Assembly (NCBI GenBank): GCA_022813965.1
Contig: JALDZS010000023.1
Span: 62,001 to 126,000, forward strand
DNA: 64,000 bases
Source of the DNA: Toensbergia leucococca
Taxonomy: Eukaryota
Direction of reading: 5' to 3'
The notes beneath the pieces were generated by a model. The model worked only from the letters and a program-made list of their open reading frames with translations, ran no database searches and was not told the origin of the DNA. A program made the position numbers and the translations under genes. Shown here one piece after another: positions 46,409-57,918 of this stretch. Every line of letters starts with the position of its first letter. The first letter of the stretch is position 1.

Positions 46409-49400
46409 CTAAAACCCCGCCATCTCAATCCAAGACCCCACAAACCCCAATCCCCCACCCCTTCCCCCCCTCATCACCTCCTCGAACTCTTCCAAACTCA
46501 ACCTCCCAGGTCCCCCCCTCTCCCCATCCACCCTCTCCACATAATCCAACATGGCCAGATACGCCACCCGCTCCCTCGACGGCGGCACCATCAATTGCGT
46601 ATACAGCGGATCGTGCGGACGCAGGTGGGCCGACGCTTCGAGATTGGAGGCTGCATTTGCTGCGGAAAGGGGGTTTGACGAGAGGGTGTTTGGGCGGTTT
46701 TGGGGAAGGGTGGGATCGGGAGCAGGGGTGGTGCTTGTGGTGGGTGAAGTGTTGTAGCCGAAGTGGGTGAGGCTTAAGGATAAAGGGGGGTTGTAGGTGC
46801 TTTCCTCTGTGGAGGAGATGGGCCGGTTGAGGGCTGCAAGGGCTCTGTGGAGGTCGGTGTTTATGGTGGAAGGATCCATGGTTGGGGGTTCAGCTGTTTT
46901 GGGGTGGGTGGGATGGTCCGACTGTGTTTCTTCTTGGCCAATTTGATGCTCGGTGCGCGCGGCTTCGGCAACGGGTGAATCGTAAACAACGGCCTCGGTG
47001 CCGTCAGCCCTACGCCAGCTCTTTTCGTTCTTCTCAAGCAGGGCCTCGAGGTGCTTTTTCGTGCCGCTGGTTGTGAGTTGCGAAATTTGAGAGCGCCATT
47101 TCTTTCTTTCGTATCGAGTACGCAGGACCAGCATGGCGAGATCTTCGCGCCGCTTGAAGAGGGGATCGAGGAGTTCGTTGAGGGCTTCCTGCGTGACCTG
47201 GTAGAGAATCTCGCGGCCAACATCCTTTTCTGCTTCAGGGATTTCGTAGCCGCCCCAGCGTTCGCCCATAGGTATGCTTCGTGAGGACATGGATGTTGTT
47301 GAGCGAGTCTCATGTTCACCATCGGTTAAGTCGTCTTGAAAGCGGACCTTTGAAGATGACCTTGAGCGCCTTGTAGCAGGAGAAGCTACGTTCTCCGGTG
47401 TTTCGGCTTTCACTTCTGCGCCATAATCTTCGATTGTCTCACACAGCCATTGGGCGAATTCTGTAGCTTCCCCGTAGCTGGGAGCATTTTCAAATCCAGA
47501 GGTTGAGGCCTCTGTGGCCATTTCCTCCGTAGTCGCTCCGTTGCTTAACATCCAGATAAAGTCGTTAGCGTAATCTTCGACTTCGAATCTCTCGTTGGCC
47601 CAGCCGAGTTCACGCAAGCGCCTTTTGATGGCTGTCTGGAACAGACTCATAAGTTGTGATTGCAAAATGGCTTCCAAGGTGGCCATACGGGACCGCACTG
47701 GATCATCCACCAGCTCCTTATCGTCTGACGGGAAGGATCTTGCAATATATTCAAAGTCTTCAGGCGGTACAAATCCATCTTCGCCGTCGAGATAAAATTT
47801 CCCCCTTCGCCAATGCTCGCTAACACCTTGGTGTCTCACATATCTACGTTTCCTTCGGGTTTCTTCTTTGATTCTTTTGCGAGCAGCGTTCCTGACATTG
47901 ATGCGGTCCTCGGATTCTCTGATATCCTGTATATCAAGATCACGGCCTAGGGCGTTCTTCACATCATAAAGTACAACATAGTCTGGAGGCCATCGTTCGC
48001 GCAGTAATCGTAATGCGTCATCTGGGCCTCCGTTCTCTTGCTCATAGTCTTCTTCGTCAAGTGCAGCACGAGCGATCGGGTCAAAGCCTAGTTCCAAAGC
48101 TTCCACGAGTGTCTGCTCTTCCTGAAACGGAGTGATCATAGATTGTTCAAATCTTTTACCTGGGAAAGATGCCTTCTCGGCTGCATCGGCCAGTATCTCG
48201 TTGTGGTCCCCTACGTCGTCTTCACTTTCCTTTACCGTATCCACGTTGTCAAAAATTACCACGTCGTCGCCATTTTCGTCCCTCGTCTTCCACTCGTTAG
48301 TCCTTGAAGGCTCGCCAGGAGGTATGGCGCCCGAGAAGGCTGAGCTAATTGGTTGACTGCTCATGATAATCTCCCGTGCACCACCTGCCTCAAGGACATC
48401 CTCTTCCATGCCTGTTACAATATCCCGGCTTAGCTCCTTACTAAAAGCGTAGAATGCCCTGAACATTCGTAAGAAGTCTTTCCTATCAACGTATCCGTCG
48501 CGATCTATATCGTAGCCCTGAAAAATTCTCCTCTGGCGCTCATCCCTGTTTCTTTTCGTCAGACTCGCTAGTCCTTTGATAAATTCCTCGAAGCTGATCA
48601 AGCCGTCTCCGTTGGTATCATAGAATGCAAACATGCGATCGTATATCAGGCTTGGCGGTGGTAGACGAGCCGTACTATTGGGAACAAAACACTTGTCAAA
48701 GGTACGACGATCGATAGCTAGGCTATAGTGGTCTGGGCTTTCGGTCAACTCCGTCGCTGCGAGACAGCGAAACTGGTCCCACAGAGCCTCAATCTCGGAC
48801 GTCTGAAATCCTGTCTCATTGCAAAATTTTGTAATGATTTCTCTTGGAAGATTCTGAATGGAAATAGACGGCTTTCCAGGATACCACACTGGCTGTGGCG
48901 GCCTGGGGCTTCCCAGAAAAGGAGCCGGTATTCGAACCTTGTAAAAGAGGTGTGTTTTGGGATGAATCTGCATCGCTTCACACTGCTCACATAGGTCAAA
49001 GTCAATACAATTCGCACAACGATACCTTATACCTCGGATGGGTCTAGCATTGCAACTATTACAGATGACTCCTCGATGCACATAGCCGTCCCTCCTCGCT
49101 TGGTCCTCGGCGATATGGTAAAGAAGGTTTAACAAACTTTGGCCTTCTTTCTTGGCGTCCTCACTGTGCTCTCCGTCTCGCCACTCATGCTCACTACCAG
49201 CATCTACCACTGTTTCTTGTCCTTCTGAGGCTTGGACTGGGGGAGGCCCGTAATCGACTCCGCCAGTCTGAGTTGTTTGTGGGTACTGCAGCCAAAGTTC
49301 TTCTTCAGTTTGCGTTTCCCTCTGTGGATGGTTTGCCAAAGCGCCCTCGTTGTAACGCTGGATTGAAGCTGCTACATTGGCGGAGGAATAACCTCCTTCC

Positions 49401-49906
49401 GCCCTCAAATGATGTTCGTATATGCGCCGAGAATTGTCTGAAATTTCGAGAGTATGCGGAGGTATGTTTCTCGCAAAGTAAGCGTCCAGAAAAGCCTCCT
49501 CTAGCCGCTGCCTACATTGACGAGCTTCGTCTAAGCCCATCTCAAGGTGAAATTCCATGTCACCAACGGTAGGTAATCGGCCGGCAACCAGAGGAACAGT
49601 AAGCTCCGCTCCAGCAGCGGACGATATGGTATGGTGTCCATAGAAGCGTACCGTTCGAGAAGTTATAGTTGGAGTTGTGGACGTTGACTGAACATTACGG
49701 GACCGCAGACGTCTGTGACGACGACCAGCATTTGAGCGGTGGAGGCCTGCAGCCCGACTCGAGGGCTGTGCATGGATCGAATTTTGAGAATTTTGAGCGC
49801 GATGGATATAGTAAACGCTATATCCTGCAGCAAGGGCTGCCAAAGCAAGAACGGCAGGTCGATATCGTGCTAGAGAGGACGTGGAGCTGGAGGTTGATGA
49901 GGCCAT
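46409..49906 (-). CDS. ZZ-type zinc finger plus EF-hand protein with an N-terminal hydrophobic anchor, intronless
   Basis: ZZ motif HRGVICNSC...RYRCANCIDFDLCEQC...HPKTH. EF-hands DTNGDGLISFEE and DIDRDGYVDRKD, plus a degenerate C-terminal EF (GPGRLSLEEF). ATG at 49906 (the ORF track starts at a non-ATG codon). Confidence 0.88.
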   Translation of the reverse strand: MASSTSSSTSSLARYRPAVLALAALAAGYSVYYIHRAQNSQNSIHAQPSSRAAGLHRSNAGRRHRRLRSRNVQSTSTTPTITSRTVRFYGHHTISSAAGAELTVPLVAGRLPTVGDMEFHLEMGLDEARQCRQRLEEAFLDAYFARNIPPHTLEISDNSRRIYEHHLRAEGGYSSANVAASIQRYNEGALANHPQRETQTEEELWLQYPQTTQTGGVDYGPPPVQASEGQETVVDAGSEHEWRDGEHSEDAKKEGQSLLNLLYHIAEDQARRDGYVHRGVICNSCNARPIRGIRYRCANCIDFDLCEQCEAMQIHPKTHLFYKVRIPAPFLGSPRPPQPVWYPGKPSISIQNLPREIITKFCNETGFQTSEIEALWDQFRCLAATELTESPDHYSLAIDRRTFDKCFVPNSTARLPPPSLIYDRMFAFYDTNGDGLISFEEFIKGLASLTKRNRDERQRRIFQGYDIDRDGYVDRKDFLRMFRAFYAFSKELSRDIVTGMEEDVLEAGGAREIIMSSQPISSAFSGAIPPGEPSRTNEWKTRDENGDDVVIFDNVDTVKESEDDVGDHNEILADAAEKASFPGKRFEQSMITPFQEEQTLVEALELGFDPIARAALDEEDYEQENGGPDDALRLLRERWPPDYVVLYDVKNALGRDLDIQDIRESEDRINVRNAARKRIKEETRRKRRYVRHQGVSEHWRRGKFYLDGEDGFVPPEDFEYIARSFPSDDKELVDDPVRSRMATLEAILQSQLMSLFQTAIKRRLRELGWANERFEVEDYANDFIWMLSNGATTEEMATEASTSGFENAPSYGEATEFAQWLCETIEDYGAEVKAETPENVASPATRRSRSSSKVRFQDDLTDGEHETRSTTSMSSRSIPMGERWGGYEIPEAEKDVGREILYQVTQEALNELLDPLFKRREDLAMLVLRTRYERKKWRSQISQLTTSGTKKHLEALLEKNEKSWRRADGTEAVVYDSPVAEAARTEHQIGQEETQSDHPTHPKTAEPPTMDPSTINTDLHRALAALNRPISSTEESTYNPPLSLSLTHFGYNTSPTTSTTPAPDPTLPQNRPNTLSSNPLSAANAASNLEASAHLRPHDPLYTQLMVPPSRERVAYLAMLDYVERVDGERGGPGRLSLEEFEEVMRGGRGGGLGFVGSWIEMAGF

Positions 49907-50366
49907 GTCATGGAAAAGAATATCTGTGATTGAAGCACAGTGGGTCTTCAGACATTTTGAACTCGGACACTGTCCTCCTATCAGATTAGTGCAAAGCAAA
50001 CCGGAGAAGTAGGTAGTAGATCATCGAATAGGCTTCATCTACTCCGTACTCTGTACGCCGTACCTGTCTCTGTCCAGCTGCTCACAGCTTCCTCTAGATT
50101 TTAAGGTTGAAGCTAATGTACCCCAGATCTTGGCGCTCGCTACCGAGCCGGGCCCTGATCAACCCTAATTCGCAAGGGCTGAGGGGCTTTCATAGTTAGG
50201 GCATCATACCGACAGTCGGTACGGATATGCGAAGCTTGATAGTTGTCAATAACGCCTCACAATGCCGCTTCTCTACGAAGTTATAGTCGCGCGCATCGCC
50301 GTTGAGAGACTACCAAAGATGGAATCATGAAACTACCTCGACGAAGGTACAATGAAAAATAATCTA

Positions 50367-51947
50367 TTATGACACCGCCGTCGCAACATGCAAGATTGGC
50401 TCTAAAATACTCGACCCCTCCTTCTTCTCTTTGCTTGTCCTCGTTTCTTCTTCTCCGTCCAGCCACGGGTCCTCTTCGGTATCCTCGCCGATTGCCCACC
50501 CCCAAACACCCTCCCAAAGCCCCTTTTTGTGTGCCATAGCCAAAACCATTATCACAGGCAGATGCCAAATACTCGCCCAGAAAAGCCCTCTTGCGCTGCC
50601 TTTCTGCCCTTCCTTTGCCCAAAATCTCCAAGCTTCCCTCACAATCCACACGTTCACGATGCTACTTGTGACTAGGAAACCTTGGTCCGTGATTCCATAC
50701 CACCAAAGACCAAAACATATGGGGAAGAAAAAAAAAGAATATCTCAATGCCACTCGGCCATTCATTTTTGGATTCGTCCAAGCGAGCATTCGATAACCAG
50801 CATTCTTATACTCTTCCTTGATAGTCCAACTGAATGCGTTGAAATGTGGGAATTGCCAGGTGAAAAGCAACCCCGCGAGAAGCCAGCCACCAATACTGCC
50901 GTCACCTAGCAACAGCTCTTGCCATTCTCCATTACCTGAGGCGCTCTGTCCCGCAGCGGCTGCCCATCCCATCAAAGGGGGAATACCTCCTACCACGGCG
51001 CCGGCCCAGGTGTTCAAGACAGACAACCTTTTCATAGGAGTGTACACGGCAGCATATAAGAAAATATTGATTCCACCTAGAAAGGCAACAGTAGGATTGA
51101 CACCAAACCATAGACTCCCAACTCCAACTGCTCCGGCGATACTTGCAAACACGAAGGCCCCTCTCTTCGTTATTAGCCCCCTGACAAGTGGGCGATTTCG
51201 AGTCCGAGTCATCTTTGCATCGTGCTCCGGCTCTAGTAGCATGTTGAGAGCGTTAGCCGAGGCGCAGCATAGCGCAGTACCCGATGTGAGGAATACAAGC
51301 GTCAAAGCCGATAAAGAAGGCGAAATAGTGGTTGTGGGAAGCAAGACTGCCGGCACAGGGTACAGAGAATAAGCCGTTGTGGTGGTGAGAACCATGAGGA
51401 AGGATAGACGCGGCTTTGAAAGGGATAAACATGTGGTAAAGAGGCGACGCAAGGACGAAGGTGGGAGGGACGTGGAAACGGTGGCGAGGCGAGAGGATGC
51501 ATCAGGAGGTATAATCGGATCCAAGTCTAAAGATGTAGTAGATTCCCCTTTCAGCCGTTTTCGGCGGCGGTGTGGAAGCTCAGATATTGGTGAATAGTAC
51601 AGACCAGCCGAAGGGCTTTCGCTGGGAGTTCGTGCTGGTAATTGAATTGAAGAACTTTCGGTAGATGCACTCCTCTCCCCGGTATCTATTTTCCTCTCGA
51701 AAGGCGCATTGACCCTGGCCATATTTCCAGCCTGGAGCTTCGCAATACCAAGCAGTGAATTGTGCGAGAAGTATCCATCTCTTTGTTTTGGCTTTGTAGC
51801 AATGAGATCTAGTCGTGGGGGTGAGTGGCTAAATCGTCGACGCTGGGTGGACACAACGGTTGCCTTGGACAATCGATACAAACATCGCAGGCAGATAGAA
51901 TCAATGTCAGTCAGGCTTGGGCGCGAAACCCTGACCGGTGTCAGCAT
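50367..51947 (-). CDS. COX10: Protoheme IX farnesyltransferase (heme O synthase), mitochondrial
   Basis: LSKPRLS, NALNMLLEPEHDAKMTRTRNRPLV, YTPMKR, VGGIPPLMGW and WQFPHF. Confidence 0.96.
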   Translation of the reverse strand: MLTPVRVSRPSLTDIDSICLRCLYRLSKATVVSTQRRRFSHSPPRLDLIATKPKQRDGYFSHNSLLGIAKLQAGNMARVNAPFERKIDTGERSASTESSSIQLPARTPSESPSAGLYYSPISELPHRRRKRLKGESTTSLDLDPIIPPDASSRLATVSTSLPPSSLRRLFTTCLSLSKPRLSFLMVLTTTTAYSLYPVPAVLLPTTTISPSLSALTLVFLTSGTALCCASANALNMLLEPEHDAKMTRTRNRPLVRGLITKRGAFVFASIAGAVGVGSLWFGVNPTVAFLGGINIFLYAAVYTPMKRLSVLNTWAGAVVGGIPPLMGWAAAAGQSASGNGEWQELLLGDGSIGGWLLAGLLFTWQFPHFNAFSWTIKEEYKNAGYRMLAWTNPKMNGRVALRYSFFFFPICFGLWWYGITDQGFLVTSSIVNVWIVREAWRFWAKEGQKGSARGLFWASIWHLPVIMVLAMAHKKGLWEGVWGWAIGEDTEEDPWLDGEEETRTSKEKKEGSSILEPILHVATAVS

Positions 51948-52502
51948 GCTTGGGTTGAAAATGTTCTTGGAGACGGCCGAACCGGGCTCATCTGTACTCG
52001 TATTCTTAGAATATGATTCATTTGTGGAGCTAGGGTAAGTTACTATTCTAGCACAGAGCTAGAATACGAGAGATGAGTGTTATTTATTTTTTATTTTCGC
52101 AAGATTCTGCCTCGTCCCCTCAGCTGAGTATCATGCCGTCTCCGAGTAGAGCTAGGTATCGATCATACAAGTGTGCTTTACGAGGGGACATCAAAAGTAT
52201 GGCTTGAGCTGATGTATTCTATTCTATGCAAGTCCAAGTGTCGTTGCCTGCCTCGGAGTCTGGAGTGGAAAGCAACTGCCTTTTCAACAGTACTTTTCAA
52301 TTCATCTGACTCACCCACGATGTGAATAACTGCATACGAGCTCATTGTCATCTTATTCTTCTAATATTCTCATCATGAATATGTTCACACAGTATTGTTT
52401 GCACGATTCGTGGCAGTAGCACTAGAATCTTGTCTTCTGTCGCTGTTAACCCGTTGCACTTGTTGGGATCTCATACTCTCAGGTCAACATCTGGAATTCT
52501 GT

Positions 52503-53816
52503 ATGGCGGGGAGAAAAACTCAGTTTGTTCCATCTTCATTCTATTTGATCGATGAGTCATGCACTTTGCGCAAAATAACACCTTGGGATCCTTGGCCTGT
52601 GAAAACGTTTCGCCCGAATGCTACTTGGAAAGCAGCACATGAGTTGATCAGGCAGAGGAATAGGGAGAGCATTGACAATTGTCTCGACAAGGTCGTCATT
52701 CTTCCGGCGAGTGGTAGCGTCCCGGGCATTCACGGCGGCAGTGACAACGTAGACCTCTATAGCTTCCGATCTCCGAGTACATTACCAGCCAGACATCATC
52801 TATGGAGAACACCAGGATCAAAGCTCATGGTACGCAAGGGATCGCAGTGGATACCTCTCGAAACCTTCCTGAAGACTTTCAAAGCCATACCATGGCATCC
52901 GATCCGGGACTATAGACTCTGGAAATCTCTCCCGTTCACCGCAAAGTCTCTAAAGCAGCTAGACATCCCCGCCCACCTCCACGACCAGCTCTACCAAAAA
53001 TGGTGGGCAGTAAACGGCTTCCGCTTCCTCGAGCTCCCCGGTGAGCTCCGCAACATGATCATGAGCATCTCCATCGGCCACCAAGCCCAACCCTACCAAC
53101 AAGCCTACCGCCCCTCCCTCCGTTTCCCAAAACCAAACACCAGCCTCCTCTTCGTCAACAAGCAACTCCACCTCGAAGCCGAACCGATCCTCTACTCCCA
53201 ACTCACCTTCACGTTCTACAAGCACGGCCAATTCCTGCGCTTCTTCGAATTCATGTCCCCGGTCAGGCAAAACACGATCCGCTCCCTGGAACTCATCTTT
53301 GACCATGAAACCCTACTCGACTTCTTCGGTGCTCAGGTCGGCCTCCGCAATCGCCGCCCCAAGTGCGGCTACAGCACCGCCGACTACTACCTCAAACCCT
53401 CCATGTTCCACCACCAGCTGCGCCTGCAATACCTACGGATCAACTTTCCGCACCCGCGGGAGCACAAAACGTCCAGGTGGCTCCGGTCCGGCTGCCAGAG
53501 AACCATCTGCCTCTGGATCTGGGCAGCTGCGCAAACGTATCTGCGGGAAATCCCGCACGTGGAATTCGTAGGGTGCATCAAGAATGATCAAAGGGAAGAA
53601 TGGCTGGATACGCTGCAGCTGGAGAGGCAAGGGATCGTTAGTGATCCGACGGAGGTTTCCGAGTGGCAGAAGCAGTTGTGGGATATTGCGTACGGTTCTC
53701 CCCGTCCCCTTTTATGTGTGGTGACGAAATGATCTCTAATATATACGCCTAGCCCTACACCCTGCGCGTGCGATCCTCAATGCAATGAGGCGCTCGATTT
53801 CAGTCATGACGGATAG
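52503..53816 (+). CDS. Uncharacterised protein with an internal F-box-like motif and a Cys-rich C-terminus, 2 exons
   Basis: FRFLELPGELRNMIM...LLFVNKQLHLEA and GCQRTIC. After the intron at ~53690-53751 it ends PTPCACDPQCNEALDFSHDG*. First ATG at 52503. Confidence 0.7.
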
Positions 53817-55134
53817 AGACCAGGAGAAAGGAGGTTGATTATTAGGGTTTCAAGTGCGTTTTCTTCTTAGATAGGTCTGCGCTGGAACTGTTGATTTGCT
53901 ATCATTATCAATCAAAATACGAGATACCCGGAAATGAAACAGCAAAATTGCCCTCGATGAATTGTTGAAAAGGAGGGTTACGTACCGTATAGACTGGTGT
54001 ATAAGACTAGAGTTCTTGTGACTCGTTTATGGTCTCGAGGCTGAATCGAATTGTGTCTTTTAACCCACAGTAGGTAGGTAGGTAACTTGAAGACCGTCTA
54101 TTTCTAGCGCAAGATCTGGGAAGAACAGAGAATGTTCATTTGAGGAGATTGGTCACATTCGCTACCAACCTCCCTGACATCTTCTCACCTATCTTGAACA
54201 CGTTCCTACATCATACCCCCCGCATAAGAGATGGACCAACCTGACTCACGTTCTCTTCCCCCCAAGGGGGGACATCATCCTCATTCTCCTGAGCTCGAAT
54301 CCCGTTACGAGTCGGTGAATCAACGGGGTTCGTTGGGGATACACGGATTCTCTGAATTATTTTTATTGAGAATTAGATGACTGGTACTGAAGCTGTTGTT
54401 TGAGGGTGGTTGATTGTTTTTACTCTGGTAGGTATATCAGTGTATGAATAGATACCCCTATCTGAAGAAAACATGTTTCATTCTAGGTAGAGAGGATCGT
54501 GTTTAGTTCTTGAAGAGAATGATGTCGTTACCTATCCTATACAAAAACACGTCCTCTGCTTCTTACAAGTTTCCTGGAGTATGAACGAAAACAAAGTCTT
54601 GTTCTTGCCAAAAAAAAAAAGGAAGAGAAAAAAAACCACGTACTCGTCTTGAAATGAGCACATGTTGGTTGCAGAATAATAGCGTGCTTTCTCAGGTACC
54701 TAGGTGTCAATGTATCAAAAAGGTAGAGGGGTGTCAGTGATACCTCCAAGATATTCATGCCAAAAAAAAGGTGCAACTCATCTTCACCAACTCCCCCGAA
54801 GCTGGAAAAACACCTGTACAAATTCACCCTCGTCAATAAAGTGCATCTCTGTAACATGAAGATGACAAGACACACGGCAAGCATCAAACTTGCAAAAGAA
54901 GGATAAATCCAGACGTGCATTCCTATTGATGTGGGTGGGTATCATGAGTGAATGTAATAGAACTTGAAAAAGAAACAATGCCCCCTTTCGCTCAACTTGC
55001 GCTCAACTTTCAAGAGAAATGAATATGGAAAAAAAAAAAAGAAAAGAACTAAAAAAATGCCACCCAATAATCCCAAACCGTTCCCTTTCCCTCGCTAAAA
55101 AGACCAAAGCGCGACATATCCTGCTACAGCGACT

Positions 55135-57918
55135 TCATACGTGACAATGGCGTGCCAAAGTGCGGACGTTATCCACAAAGCCACGGATCAAATCATTGTA
55201 CCGGTTGGCTTGGTTGTTTTTAAATAGCAAACCTTGCTTGCGGACTTCGGAAGATGAGACTTCGACTTCGAGCTCGTGCTCTTTTTCGGGTTTGGAAGAT
55301 GTCTGGAGTATTGAGTTAGTATACTGTGCTCGGTATCATTTTGTAGGGTACTTAGGAAGCTTACATCAGAAGGCGTGACCTGCGTCAAATCGATCTGGTA
55401 CGACTGGTGTCTATAACTCACGCGATCTTTGTTGCGATCCGCTCTCTTCTGCCCGTTCTTCGACTCCACCAGATCTTTCATATCGCCATCCCAATCCATT
55501 TCCAAATTTACACTTACACGCCAGTCAAATGGCGTTCGAGGGCTGTAGACGTCAACGTCTGTCACCCGGGCCTTGACAATCTTGGCGAGTACTTTGCCCG
55601 TTTTCTGGTCAGTGGTGATACGCACTTTCACCCTGGGGTGGCGTTGGTCAAGCTGATTGCGAATCGAGGCTGGGAGGCTGAGTAGGCCGGCTTGGGACAG
55701 GTCGTAGAAGCTGTCACATTCTCTGGTGTGCACATAGGTCATTGGGATGCGAGGGTTGGCCGAACTATCTGACTTCGAGGGTTGAGAATCCAGAAGCGCC
55801 TTGTTGAGAAAACCATTCATAGAACGATGCTGAGACTATAGAAACCGAGTTTAGTAGTTACTCATTAGTATCGGTAGAGCTGTGGCTTACCTCGGTCATG
55901 GAGCTCTTGAAATTGACTCGCAAGTTGGGATCGCCTTTACTGACAATGCACTCGCTCATGACAGGAAGCCGAATACGATCGTTGGTGTTTCGATCAATAA
56001 GCTGCCCGATCTTGGCCTCAATCTCCAGAACAGCTCCTCTGCCAACTCCACCAACTCCACCGACTGCGGAACCGGGACCAACGTCGTCTCTGCGGACGAC
56101 TTCGTTGAACAGAATTTCCGAAAGAGAGTGGGTCACGTCATCTAAAGGTGCTGTATTCAGTATGCTAGGTTCCCATGGGCCCAAAGAACCTTGATTTGCA
56201 AAACCTCGCTGAACTTGAGGTAATAGAACTTCATTCTTCGGTGCGGAATGCCCGTTGGCATTGCTACTTCTTATTGAAGGATGCTGAGGTGGGCTCTGAG
56301 AAGATCGATGCTTTGCACTCGGTGATTTTTGCTTCACTGGTCGCGGGAATTGCGGCGCAGGCTGTGGATCGGCAGGCACTGTTGGATTGGTTCGACTTGC
56401 TTTGCGAGCAAACATTGGGATCTCGTCATAACGCTTCCTTTTTCTCTTTGGCTGCTCCGGTAGTCCGATCAAACCTGCAGGATTCGTGGATTGTTGCCCG
56501 GCTACAATATGTTGGGTTGCCGGAGTTGGTGGCGCGATGGTAGTAACGCCCGATGGTGTATGCATGGCATCAGGCGAGGTCGGAGTTGATTGCAATGGTG
56601 GTATCTGATGATTTGATGGAAGTCGTGGCGTCGAAGGCTGTGGGCGAGACGGGGTTGCTGAAGATGAGCCTGGGGTCGGTAATCCTTGCGAAGTGGATTG
56701 ATCGGAATTGGCTGTGAAGTGGAAAGGTCTGGAAAGAGGTATCGGCGTAGGTGAGTGTGAGCTGAGGCTTTCTTGGCGCTGGTCGGGAGCGTATCCGTAT
56801 GAAGCCGCACTTTGTTGATTCGATTGCGGTGGGTTCAAAGTGCCATCGACCACTCTTGAGGCTGGACCGTCCTGTCCTCGTATGGCGTTTGGTTGGTCGG
56901 AGTTAGGGTTTTCTAGAGCGTCAACTGTCTCTTCGCGTTTAACAGGAGTAACTTGGCCATTGTTCTCATGTGGAGTGTTTTGCGTAATGTCCATTGCTTC
57001 TGAGTTTCCTTGGCTTGGTAGCCTTGTCTTTGGGCTGACGCTTAAACTCCTCTCGCGATCATGATCCGAAGCGTAAGTCTCCGTAATAGATTGAGAATGT
57101 CTAGGCCCATAAACTGTGGGAGATGCCGCCCAAGATCCCGATGATTCTCTACCAGGGGATGGAGCAGCTTTTTGTTGTCGGCTATGAGAACTATCCGAAA
57201 AGCTTCGTTGTTGATCACCGGGTCCCGGTATTTCTCGTTGCAGGCCTGAGCTAAGTCTGCCGAAGGTGGAGGGAGGTCCTAAAGGTGTTCCTGGAAGAGA
57301 GTGTTGATTCTGGGTAGGATAGGTAGCCAATGGCGCGCTCATCCGAGCTTGTGCTGGATTTGGGATTTCTTTGAGCATGCTTGAAAAGTGACTTTGAGTA
57401 TAATTGGGGGTCGTTGATGAAGATGAAGACGGTGGACGTTGTTGAATGGATGAATGAGAATGATTTTGAACAGAGTTTATTGGAGTGTGAGGCAAAGCTG
57501 TCGCTTGGCTCAAGGAAGTATAGGAAGTAGATGTCACCATGGTAGGACTCTCACGCTGCAGGTATTGCAAAGGTTGAGAGCTACGGCCAGGGCTCTGACT
57601 GATATGTGATGGAAAGGGATATTGGTTGCCACTCAGCGAAGAAGACGGAGTAGGCTGGTAAGGGGTTTGAACAGAACTGTATGAAGATGATCTACTTGAT
57701 AATTGTAAATCGTTGTGCGCTGGGGGTTGAAGAGGCGGGGGCTGAGGCGATCTTATATCATGCTGGGTATGAAAGTTTGGAACAGGCGTATCGTAGGGGT
57801 TCCGAAAGCCATGTGCCAAAGAATGATATTCTTGGCTACCTGGAGGACTCTGACTTGATTTCGGACGAATTGGGGTGGTCGTGGAAGTATCCGAGTTTAT
57901 TATTGAGCGTAAATCCAT
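55135..57918 (-). CDS. CET1: mRNA capping enzyme beta chain, RNA 5'-triphosphatase, 3 exons
   Basis: Triphosphate-tunnel motifs LEIEAKIG, VKVRITTD, DWRVSVNLE, RNKDRVSY, IDLTQV and EHELEVE, after a long low-complexity N-terminus beginning MDLRSIIN. Confidence 0.92.

Noticed and set aside
54230..54360. Minus-strand resemblance to U3 or a C/D snoRNA (GAUGAUG, GAACGUGAG)
   Set aside because: No box A/A' 18S complementarity and no properly placed terminal box D or terminal stem.
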